Origin: Phoronis australis
Taxonomy: Eukaryota > Animalia > Phoronida
Direction of reading: 5' to 3'
NCBI GenBank assembly: GCA_002633005.1
Contig: NMRA01000483.1
Location: 51,964-115,963, forward strand
DNA length: 64,000 nucleotides
Under the pieces are notes generated by a model. It had not been told where the DNA came from. It made no database searches and worked only from the letters and a program-made list of their open reading frames with translations. The position numbers were made by a program, and so were the translations under genes. Shown in pieces: positions 1-11,100 of the stretch. Each line of letters starts with the position of its first letter. The stretch's first letter is position 1.

Positions 1-1091
1 TGGTTATCAAGTGAAATGTCAGACCATCTCAGAACATCAATAATGAGTGGAACTCAGTCTGCATAAAAGCATTGAATAGTGGTGAAATGTTGTCTGGCAC
101 TTGCAAATGTATGGCCGGATTAGGAAAGACATGCAGTCACATTGGTGCTGACTTGTGGAAAATTGAACACTCTGTTAGAATGGGGTTTCCGAATTGTCCG
201 CAGTATCAGGCAGTGTCTCACTGGTCTCAGATGCAACATGTTCGACCATGTGGGTGTTTTTAGATATGTGTGCATCATCATCTTCACCAGTAGTAGCTGA
301 TTTTGTGAGCTTCAAAACTTTCCTGCGACCAGGTTTTACCTTTCTGGCATATCCCATGTTTAGCTGAAGCACTGGATTTCTTTCTGTTGGCTCACCATCC
401 ACAAAATGAATGGAACAAACAAAGACATTTTTTGGTAAACTGGTTAATGGACTTTTGCCACAGTAGTCTCAATTCACTGTTGTGTTTACCTGATGGCATT
501 CTGTGTAACTTGTAAGGTTTTAAACATGGACAGTCTTTGTGCATTTGACCATGGTGTTCATCACAAATTTCTGTCTCCCAACGTTTCAATTTCACCCAGT
601 TGTTGTGACAGCCTGCTACAGCACAGTTACTACCACTGGGCATTTTACAACAATTTTTAGTGGAGGTGAAAGTTGAACAGCTCTATTTGTATACTTGTAA
701 ACACTTCTGAAAAGATTCAAACAAAAATTTCAAACCTCCTTGAAATATGGTATATTATCAGTTAGACGGTAATGTTTTATTTTTTTATATATCAGTCCAA
801 CAATTTTAACTTTATTATTGACATTTATGTAATTGTATACATCTAGTAATTTACAAATATTTCTTCTGTCAAATGTATTGTATGAAAAAAATCAACATTT
901 ACCAATAATATCAATGATTTCAAATCTGCTGATCTGCTTCCAAATAAACAACACAAGCAGACACAGCAGCTGGGATGGTTTGCTTTACAGACAGACTACT
1001 CACTCCAGTGTTTATCTGACATGGCATTAATGGCGTGACCTCAATATGGCGCTCCCCAGGCATTCGGCAATTTCTGTAATGGAATCTGTCT
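1..1091. mobile_element. Internally deleted ISL2EU/Harbinger-group DNA transposon remnant (SWIM fragment on +, THAP fragment on -)
   Basis: The + strand ~72-200 encodes CKCMAGLGKTCSHIGA (SWIM CxCx(n)CxH). The - strand 643-~300 encodes a THAP domain. The candidate terminus ...TGTCT at 1091 is followed by AT, matching the RR..YY termini and AT TSD described for ISL2EU. The other end lies outside the window. Confidence 0.55.
175..643 (-). pseudogene. Frameshifted THAP zinc-finger domain (transposase N-terminus)
   Basis: MPSGSNCAVAGCHN...CPC...HRMP...W..SIN in one frame; after a frameshift near 430-445 it continues LPKNVFVCSIHFVDGEPTERNP, giving the full C2CH THAP signature. Confidence 0.8.
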
Positions 1092-1380
1092 ATAGCCCAA
1101 CAAAAAGTTGGGAAGTTTACCCCCGTAGCCAATATCTTACACGATTGATTAACTCCATTCTGGCATTTACGGTTGGAGGGCCTGCGCTCTTTCGTTCGAT
1201 AATAGCTCGATCTAATCTCCGATCAGATCGTAACTAGACTGACTTGGTTGGGCTGATAAAAATGAAAGTTAAGTTACAACATATTTGAGCTTAAACCAAT
1301 AGCATTTTTGAATTCCTCGTCAAATGCTGATCAAGTTCCGTTTTTGAATCACCAAATCACCAAAATCGCCCAACCACAAC

Positions 1381-4300
1381 TAGTCGGTGGGCCAGATCTC
1401 ATAGCGTTCATCCTTGTGAGTGACTTTGGGGGGGCAACCTAGTTTTTTCTATGTAGCTAGATAATATACCCATAAATCAAATTCCAAAAAGTTCCCACGT
1501 CTACACTTGCACATTTTTTTAAAAAAGATGTTTTTGTTGCACAAAATATGATGCACATTCCTGCTACTTGATAGCGCTTTTCTATTGAATTGACCAATCA
1601 GAGAGCCAGATTGTATTGTTGTGCTTAGTTACTTCAATATGGCTGCTCCCATGGAGTGTGATGCCTGTATAATTCAAGGTTTATCAAACAGCACAAAATT
1701 GTGATGTCAGAGCCTAAAGAAGCTTAGGAAAGCTTCCTGGCGAAAACTGATTGACTGTGGAACTCTGTAGATCACTAGATCAAAAAAAGAAGAGGTGTCA
1801 CAAACGTTTGTGCAGAAAACAGCTGCATGTCCTTGTAGCCTACACAGTATACTGCTGAATGCTGTAAACTAGAAGACCAAGTGTCAGACCAAAAAATTGA
1901 AAGGACATAGAACGGCATAGCAACGTTTCAAGGCACCAACAGTAGTACTAAAGCTAAAGTTGCTGAAAGTGATACAGATATTATACAAGATTTACCAAGA
2001 AAATCAATTACTTCCAAAATCTGAAACACCCAATTAACCTGAACAAGATAGGAACATTCTGAAACATGAGTGCATCATTTGTTAGCAGGAAAAGTACATT
2101 ATGGGCCACATTTCAAGAAAGATAAAGAAGTATAGCTTTCAAAAACTGGTACGTGTTTTTTAAAAATACATCTTGGTGTTTTCCATGTGTGTTTCAGTAT
2201 TATCACCAGTTGTTTTTTAACTTGTTCAGCCCCTTGGCTGCCTAGGCCTTAGACAATACTGCTGACCCAGTAGAGACAATGATCATACCATAGGTACTTC
2301 ATATGCCGGATACTTTTCGGCAAATTATGTTCCTATAAGTTAAGAAGTACCGCGTAGAGAGATGCCTCTGAGGAGGTCGTTAATGTTTTCATTTGTTCCC
2401 AGTTTAAACAAATACTCCTGCAATCCTGTTTTTCGAACACTCCATTCAGTTGCCACATCGACACTACTTGCGCTAAAGGATAATCCTATGGCGTTATACT
2501 GTGGGTGTGATTTTAAAGCACTTTAAGTCAAAAAATTTTGAGAAGGTTAAATGGAGTAGATGGTTGCAAACAACATGCCCAAGTGGCCGTCATCCCCTGC
2601 TGTAGTCTCAATTTTTTGTAAACATTAATTACTTAGGTAGCTGCAATGATAATTAAATTAAAGTGCCTAAGTGGCCATCATCGCCGTCGAAATTTGAGGA
2701 CGATGGAAGCCACTGTCCATTTCGTCAAACGTCGATTACCTTAAGTGTAATCGATTGACTATGGTTTGAGCATCTGATTTAGAAAAATTAAATTTCAATC
2801 ACTGCACTGGTATATCAGCTGATTTATTTTCAGTTGCATCAACTGATCTAATTATTAGATGATCAACATTTTTAGGCGACAGATCAGACTGCATGTAAAT
2901 TTGTTAGGCTGGTGGTGGATCAGTTCCTGTTAAGTCCGTCTGAAGTTGCATGCCAAGTCACTCATAGTTGAAAGTTAAATTAGTGTTAACAGTTCGGGTT
3001 TTTTTCAGTTGGACTTGTATCGCAAGGAACAGCTCAGTCCAGAGCCCTGAATATGCAAATGAAATTCAAAGATAAAGACCTTGTGTCTTAGAGGCCAAGT
3101 ACCACAGATCATCATGCTATAAAAATAGAAAGACAACGATTGTGAAGAGTGACGAATTCACAGTTTTCAGAGATGTTTTTCTACAGTTTTGTTTGGAGTT
3201 CATTGAATCGAAGCTTCTAACACAAAGAAATGTCATTTGCCTTTCAAAACTAAAGCAAGACTTTGAAGCTGTTCTTCAGAAAGCTGTTGTGCATTAAGTT
3301 ATTTGGACAGGCAATCTTAAGAAATATTGTTGAAGCTACTCACTGTTGTAGTTTGTGCCCGACTAAGAGATACGAAAGTGAATTGAGGCTAGTGTTCAAT
3401 AATTCACTTGCTGACTCTAATTAACAATGACAGCCCATTATAACATATTTTGAATCAAACGTTTGCCCAAATAGTGCCCGCCTCCAAACAAGGACTTAGT
3501 GTTTGACCCTTCATTGCCTGCGAGCTAATCACCAGTGTGCAGTGCTGTACCCTCTCTAATCGACCATAGTTGGTTCATTGGCGGTGGAGCTTTGCAGTTA
3601 ATATGTATGGCAATGAGCGCATCTCCATTGACAGCACTAAACGATGAACGCTGCAAGTGCAAAAAGAACATGTGTGCTGGTAAACTGAGTTTGTGCTGCA
3701 ATGCTGGGTCAAACTGTACAGAAATATGCAGCTGTGGCAACTGTAGTAACATCAGCAACACTGACTGCATAACATTGGATAGTTCTTTGACAGGTCAACC
3801 CTAAATAGACCTTCAACCCCGTTATTTCCTTTTTTGTATTAAAAAGTTAATTTTATTTGTTAATTAAGTCATAGAAAGTACATACTTTGATCATTGTCAT
3901 GTATTTGTCTCATACTGCTTGATAAACGCTGTCAGAATAATCTATTATTTTCATGCAGTCTTTGTGCACATTCACAGAGCTCATTCAACTACCGGTATAT
4001 TGTTTTTGTACTATAACGTATTTCTGGTGTATTATGCAAACAAGCTGTATGTTACACCATTAGTCAATGTTTTAGTCATTGAGGCACAAATTTTGCCCAG
4101 TCTCAAGTGTTTTGTGTTGCTTTTGTTGCCTGACAATGCCAGAATACTGAACTTCCTAGTAACATTCAGACTTAGTTTGCCTTTTTGCCACTAGGTGTCT
4201 CTTTACTTTTTTTAATTTCACTGTTTACAATTAATTTACATTAGTAAAACGTGTACTGTGAGTGTAATATTGTTCAATACAATAGCACTGATGGGACCAT

Positions 4301-4542
4301 ATTACTTGTTTTACAAAAAAGTCACCAAAACCATTGTTTTTACAAAGTTTACTAAGCTCTTTGGTGATTATTATGCAACTTCAAACTCAAATTTCTCAAA
4401 AATGTGCAACTTTATATGTGGGAACTTTTTAGATTTTGAAAACACTCTAATAAATGAATTAAAAAACACCAAAATAAAATTGCCCCCCTAAAGTACTCAC
4501 AAAAACCATTTTCTAGAGGCCCTACAAAATCTGGCCCACCGA
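1381..4542 (+). mobile_element. Decayed Academ (AcademX-type) DNA transposon
   Basis: Imperfect ~140-bp TIRs: TCGGTGGGCCAGAT 1384-1397 vs 4529-4542; TTGTGAGT..CTTT.GGGGG(G)CAA ~1414-1438 vs ~4481-4502; AAAAAGTTCCCAC and TGCACATTTT also mirrored. Left end starts TAG. Broken coding remnants: ECIIC (~2065), DLVS*EAKYHRS..CYKN (~3078-3125), and a C-terminal Cys cluster CKCKKNMC...CCNAGSNCTEICSCGNCSN (3652-3750). Possible GT-AG intron 2149-3008. Confidence 0.7.
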
Positions 4543-5639
4543 GAAGTTCAGACAATCTATTCTGTCCAAACGGACACACTGGGTTTGACTGTGTTCATAC
4601 GCGTTCGGTAATAGCGTGCAACCACCATACGTTTACTTTGAAGCTTGGGAGATAATTGGCCTGCTTTTTATCATACGGGACAAAAGACTGAGCTGGGCAG
4701 TTAACAAAAGAGCCAGATGTTATCGCACGTTCAGCACCCCTCACGTCTGGAAAAGTTACACGATAGAACGCTGTAATGCACTGGGCTCAACATACCAGTA
4801 ATGTGCCTGTGTCGGGCTAGGTTACAGTGGCCCGTCAAAACTTGAATGATGCACATGTCTTACATATCTGTCAAGACTCTGAAGGTTTTTTAACCTTTTT
4901 GATCACTTTGGGAAATTCACCTTGGTTTCTCTGCAGAGGAGTTAAGCCGTCCACTGAGCTCTTATGGGTATGTACACAGTTGAGTGTACTCATCCTGCAG
5001 CGCATCTGTAGTATACTGGGATTGCAGGTTCAGGTAAACGTACATTGTAGAACGCTGGCCCCTGCAGCTCTACGACTAGGTTTGTCTGCATTTTCAGTGC
5101 TGTTCTTGAATGGACTTATTTACGGATATTTAGACAAACCTTTGGCAAATGAGAGTCGATTTTGAACAACATACCATTTTGGTCGACATATACTTTCAAA
5201 ATTTTAAAGAAAAATAAAATAACCGAATGTTCGGCCACATTCCACTCAAAGACAGATAGCGGGGCAGATAGTGGAAAAATCATGCATTTGATGATACAAG
5301 CACCAAAATTGGCATGGTGACATCCTAAGGTATACTCAACAGATCTACCCGACTAGCCACCTAAAATTCCAAAATGGCGGCCATTTTTCAAAATGGCCGC
5401 CATTTGATGCTTGTGAGTAATGCTTTTCCTCATAAATCTTTCTCTGNCTGAAGCGTATAAACACAACCTCTGCATACGTAACTCGTGGCCATTCGTGTAC
5501 GTGCAGCGGACGCAGGACCGAACAGACACTCAACTGAGCAAAATTATTTATCATGCCGCAACCTCAGAATTCACCATGTAACATATCACAACTACATTCT
5601 TAATTCTTAGATTTTGAGGATTGACGAAAGTCACGATAC

Positions 5640-6928
5640 ATATAGATTATTACATGGCGAAGTCGTTATCCCCCGTTATCTAGAGCCCGAGTGGATTTTG
5701 GAGAATTATCGCCCGAGGGGCGTGAGCCCCGAGGGTGATAATTCTACAAAATCCACGAGGGCTCTAGATCAGGGAGATAACGACTGAGAACATGTAATAA
5801 TCTATTTATACCACGTACTGAACAAGAAACATTGCAATGAATCGATCTACCTTTCTCGACTTGCCTCGGCTTAGTAACTACTTTCTATGTCAGAGGCCCG
5901 GGGTCGGAGGTCGTGACCTTTTAAAAAAAGCCGAGATATTTTTGTAAAATAATGCTTTTACTCAAAACCAATTGAGAAATGAAACAAAATAGAAATAAAG
6001 TGACTCTATGAATTAAGGTTTAGCAACTATTATAGCTTACTACACATTTTATCACGCTAAGCTTCGACCGGGAATATATCGTCTGCAAAAGTAGGATACC
6101 ACTAGTAACTGACTATAATGCTCAAGTCAAAGGATTCCGACCACACGACACCTACATTCAAATTGGAGACCGGTGATTTATGAGAGAACACGAGAGAAAA
6201 ATTTCACTGAATTAAAATATCGTTTTTATGTAAATTATGCGTCTTATTTTTCATAGCGTATAAATGTCGGTGCAATGCCCTTTGCTGAACATGCGACTGT
6301 TGCGCGTGCTCATTTAAGTATTCTATTTTCACGTTCGATGACGTCAGCCGCTGAGTGGTGTAGTGGTAAAGTCGGCGACTCGCAATTGTTGAGGCCCGGT
6401 TTCGAATCCGGCCTCGGTTTCCCGCCAAAATGTTATCTCACTAGTGAGATAACATGTGTCGTGTGGTCGGAATCCTTTGACTTGAGCATTATGGTCAGTT
6501 ACTAGTGGTAATCTACTTTAGCAGACGACTAATATTCCCGGTCGAAGCTTAGCGTGATAAAATGTGTAGTAAGCTATAATAGCTGCTAAACCTTAATTTA
6601 TAGATTCACTTTATTTCTATTTTGTTTTATTTTTCAATTGGTTTTGAGTAAAAGCATTATTTGACAAAAATAACTCGGCTTTTTTTAAAAGGTCACGACC
6701 TCCGACCCCGGGCCTCTGACATAGAAAGTAGTTACAAAGCCAAGGCAAGTCGAAAAAGGTAGATCGATTCATTGCAATGTTTCTCGTTCAGTATGTGGTA
6801 TAAATAGATTATTACATGTTCTCACTCGTTATTCCCCTTATCTAGAGCCCTCGTGGATTTTGGAGAATTATCGCCACTCGGGCTCTAGATAACGGGGGAT
6901 AACGACTTCTCCATGTAATAATCTATAT
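5640..6928. mobile_element. Foldback non-autonomous element: ~510-bp inverted arms with hairpin termini and a tRNA-like core
   Basis: 5640-6151 is the reverse complement of 6456-6928, with scattered mismatches and one deletion in the right end. 5641-5810 is itself a palindrome with a CGTGAG loop. The ends fall on TA. Confidence 0.9.
6349..6420 (+). pseudogene. Degenerate tRNA-like / Pol III cassette (anticodon loop CTCGCAA, Ala-CGC-like)
   Basis: A-box TGGTGTAGTGG; B-box-like GGTTTCGAATCC; anticodon stem GGCGA/TTGTT; acceptor GCTGAG/CTCGGT. The D-stem pairs poorly and the T-loop has an extra T, so it is probably not a functional tRNA. Confidence 0.6.
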
Positions 6929-7001
6929 TTATCCAACTCTATCTGTGACTCATCTGACCGCTAGGCGGCTACCGGACTAAGTGACGTCCGGGCAGTGTTA
7001 A

Positions 7002-7663
7002 GGAGGCACAGAACAGTTCTCATAGGGGTTTGCCAGTCAGAACAAACGTCAATGCACTCCTCACCCTTTCTTCACTTTGTCAAAAACAGCATGCCAATAA
7101 GGAAATGTTTTGAGTCATTTCACACCACAAGCCCTACAGATGAGCACAGAAACTTTATTCTCTCTTGTATTTTTGACCCATTCACTCCCAGTGGAAACCA
7201 AGCTGAATTGAGAAAAATGAGGACAAAAAATGCAAAATCGGCACTTTTCACCCCAAAATCACCACTTTCCTGCCGATGTTCGACTAAAGCCAACATTAGA
7301 TTCCGAAAGCAAATTTCCTACCGATTCCAAAAATGTGGTCCAAAAGTACTGTCAACCAACTAGTTTTTTGCAAATCTGGCTTGTTTGAGGGCTACCTGAA
7401 ATCGCGGCCAATTTCTCAGTTGCTACACAGCAATGCACAAATGCAACTGGGGGCCAACCGTTCTTGAAAAGGAGTGCAGCTACAGCCGAGAAACTGCCCT
7501 TTCTTCATTCTCAGCATGTTCACAAATACAAAAAAAAAAAAACATTAACTTGGCCTAAACACAATACCTACCTAAAATGCCTCCAAGACCTGGCCTAGCC
7601 CTAGATTTTAATATTTTGGCAGTGCAATTGGCCGCGGCCATAGCCTAACTATTCTGTGCCACC
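7002..7663. mobile_element. Kolobok-type non-autonomous DNA transposon
   Basis: TIR GGAGGCACAGAACAGTT (7002-7018) vs AACTATTCTGTGCCACC (7647-7663). TTAA on the left and TAA on the right; RR termini with a TTAA target fit Kolobok. Confidence 0.6.
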
Positions 7664-8146
7664 TAACTCGGGTTTACGAGTTCTCATGACCTCCACTAGG
7701 GGCACCAGCATGCGTGTGACATCAGGTAAACAAAAGGGTCTTAGCCAACATTCACCATTTTGTGTTAGTCCGCGTAATTACAGTTCTTGCAGTTATGTTA
7801 CATAATACACATTTTCGCTTTTGACTAGTCACTATAGGGAGAGCATGTGAAAACATAGTATTATATCTAAGGAATATATATATAAACGCAGAGCACGCAA
7901 ACAATGCTTTTATTATGAAAACACCAAGATGTCATCGTAATTTATGGAGTTCGCGTATTTTCAAAGTGACTCCAACTTTTGTGGAGCAGAAAATAATCAT
8001 ACCTCACTGTACCCAGAGGGTAGCCCGGTGAAGATAAATACAGATTGCGTGAAGGAAATCGATCGGGCTTCGGCGGCGTCAGTATTTCGAGGGAACCGAT
8101 CGGTTAACTGGGCTAACGTGGTCATCTTTTGTGGATGTCCTTCACC

Positions 8147-11100
8147 ATGGACGGATATCGCCTGCTAAAAGAAGCAGAAAGGAGTGATGAGAAATCCACT
8201 TTAGATGTAATCGAAGTTTACGATAAGTGGGAGGAATATGAAAAGGTAGGGAACCCTTTACTTAGGCAATCACATCGCCCTGAATGCCGCAGGCATACAG
8301 GGGCGATAGCACATCCCTACAAAAAGTTACTCATTTCAAAATACAGCGAATAAAATCGAATGAAACATGCATATATGTATATTGAGTTATAATTAACACA
8401 CACCATGATTCTGAATACAGTTTAGCCGACATAACTTGAATATGATCCATAAAAATCTGTCGCGATTCGTTCGAGTTTCTCTCACCGGATGCGAAGTTAC
8501 GTGAAATCACGCCTGTTGACGAACAAAATGTTCAAGGGACACAAATCTTTCAAATTTCACTTGATATCTTTCCATGCTATTTATGCAAGTGTCACGCGCT
8601 TCGCTCGACACACTAACACTAGCCTTTGCCTAACTCGCAAAAATTGAAATACTTAGTGGTTATCGCACGGACGGTGAAAAAGTTAACGGTGACCAAAAAA
8701 GTGGAGTTGAAATTCTTCGCCAACACCTTAATTCTCGTAGCGATGCTTCATCGAAAATATACGTAGAAGCAGAAAGGATCACTGAAGAAAGTAAACGCTT
8801 TTTAAGTTATAGTTTTAAGTGTAGGATGTATTTTTGACGAGGTGAAATATCTTGATCGGTGAGCTGATTTCGCCTTCCGCCCGTTTAAAATACACGGGAG
8901 GAAACTAAGTTCAAAAAGCGATGGGAAGTAGGCCTATTGTAGCCCCTTACCGGCCAACCAAGGGTCTACTAGTACGTGTTGCCTATCCTTTACTGGGCAA
9001 TTTCCTTAATGTATTTTCTTTGATCGGTTATGTATAACGCTCGCATTTGTGCTAGAAGCAAGTTGTTCGTCACGCTGCTCAGACAACGAACAACACTTTC
9101 GTTGGAAGATATCTTTTGATTCATGTGCAAGTACTTTTGTATAGGCCTACCATCTTTCTTCACGTGTCTGTAAATAATCTGCCTCTAATGTTTATTGTAT
9201 CTGTAACTAGCACTAATGTTTGTTTTGTTCTTTTTACCTCTTGGTGACGTAAAATAAAAGATTTATTCACTTATTTACTGTAGTAAAATTAGGTTTGGGA
9301 CCCTTCTCTGGCAAGTGGTAATGGAGTCATCTGTCGCTATCTTTTTCGAAATTGTACATCACTGGATAAAAATAGGGAACCTGACAGGTACCATGAAGTC
9401 CTGTTAATTTTCTGACTTGAAATTATAGATCCTTTCATATTCAGGGGCTCAGCCCCTAGGTTTGGGGCCCGTTGATGGCATCCATGCCGCCGCCCTTTCG
9501 TGTTTTTATTAATAAATTTTTAATGCACCGCTCGCGAAGAAAGAGCCCAATGATGGACTCGGTTGCCTTCTTTTTCCTGTTTTTTTGTAAAATCATACAG
9601 ATTTTTATGTTAAGGAAGACCAATTCTTGGAGGATCACACGATGGTGGAATTAACTGTCACTATTTTCCTTTGTTTAGTGATATTTATCCTTTCGTATTA
9701 AGTGGTCCCCTTTCAGACAGGGTCTTCTGTCGGAGTGACGGCCTCTATGAAGCCGACACTTACCACTATTCACAAAAGGGACAACACAAATTCGTGCAGA
9801 GCACAGCAGCATCAAGACATTATGCTCAAACAACCAAAAATGATGATATTGAAAAATACAATGGGTTAGACGGGCAGTCCATAGCCTTCAGCATAGATGA
9901 ACGAGGTATCAACATTTGACCATTGGAACACTTAGAGTGCATCCCAGTATGTACAGAAATGGATGTCTGCCGTTGTCTGCACTTTAGACATGGCTCCGCG
10001 GGGCCGTACGATTCGTTTCTATGTATAACGTACAAAATTAATGTTAATTTTGACAATTGTATTCGTCAAACTTGGGTCCATCAACTTTATGTTGAAGTAT
10101 ATGATTTATCCAAATCTAACGCTTTAGATTTGTGTAGCTTTAAAAGTTAAAAATGCTATTTCTATGTTTGTATGAGTTACAATAGAACGGTTCTGTTTGT
10201 GACGCACGCCTCTATGACTGTAAAGACATTTGTGAGAGTGGAGTGCTTGCCATTATTTTTTGTCTTAAAATGTGCCCACATCAAGGTTCTTATTACATTA
10301 CTTCAATTCTAGATTTCGTTTCCAATGAACACGGGGTGTAATCTTGTGCCCGAAGTCAGCGAAGATCCTACTTGTTCGCTATATCTTGTATGTCTGTCGT
10401 AAGACGCCGTGTTGTTCATAGTGAGTCTTGTACAACAGCAGTGTGTGTGTGTGTGTGNNGGGGTTTGTGTCATCTACATTCGACTGTCAGTGTTTTCACT
10501 GTGGAGCCTGTTGAAGATAAGCGTTTTTACCTTCCAGTTCGTTTGCAATGGAAACCGAAAGCCAGACCCCGCTTTAGTTGCTGAGGCACTCGCATCCTAC
10601 TTGAAGCATAACAAATCTGCTGCGATATTGGATGTTGCCTGTGGGACTGGTCTTGGTGCATTGGAGGTAAGGCGCGCTTAACATACTCCTGTTCTACGAA
10701 CTCAGTCACGGCGCATTCCATTTATTCAATTCCAGCTTTCTACATTGCGATATTCAACAAAGTTTGGCTCGCCTCTTTGCCAACTAGTTTGCCAGTTGAC
10801 AATATCCACAATATCCTTATAAGGCCTACCTACCACTTTCAAAGAGAGCTCTTCAATTCAATTTCTTTGCCTATTCGCCAAGAAAATGTGATATTCGGTT
10901 ATAACGTGTTTATACTGTACCTGTATATTTCAGCTTGCAGAACATGGCTTCCACAATGTGGACGGTTTAGATGGAAGCCAGGGCATGGTAAACCAATCAA
11001 AAGAGCGAGGTTTATATAACAAAACTTTCGTCTCTTTATTCTCTGAAAAACCAACTGAAGGACTGGAGAGTTGTAAGTATTTTGCTGACTTGGAAAATCA

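Noticed and set aside
3535-3804. Host tesmin/CXC or metallothionein gene
   Set aside because: It lies inside TIRs with other decayed Academ motifs and has no gene structure of its own.
4556-5273. Minus-strand terminus CACTATC.. at 5273 as a Transib/ProtoRAG RSS-like end
   Set aside because: The heptamer is imperfect, there is no matching second end or nonamer, and no RAG or Transib motifs appear in any frame I translated.
6349-6420. Functional tRNA-Ala(CGC)
   Set aside because: The D-stem is unpaired, the T-loop has an extra base, the acceptor stem is mismatched and there is no adjacent terminator; kept only as tRNA-like.
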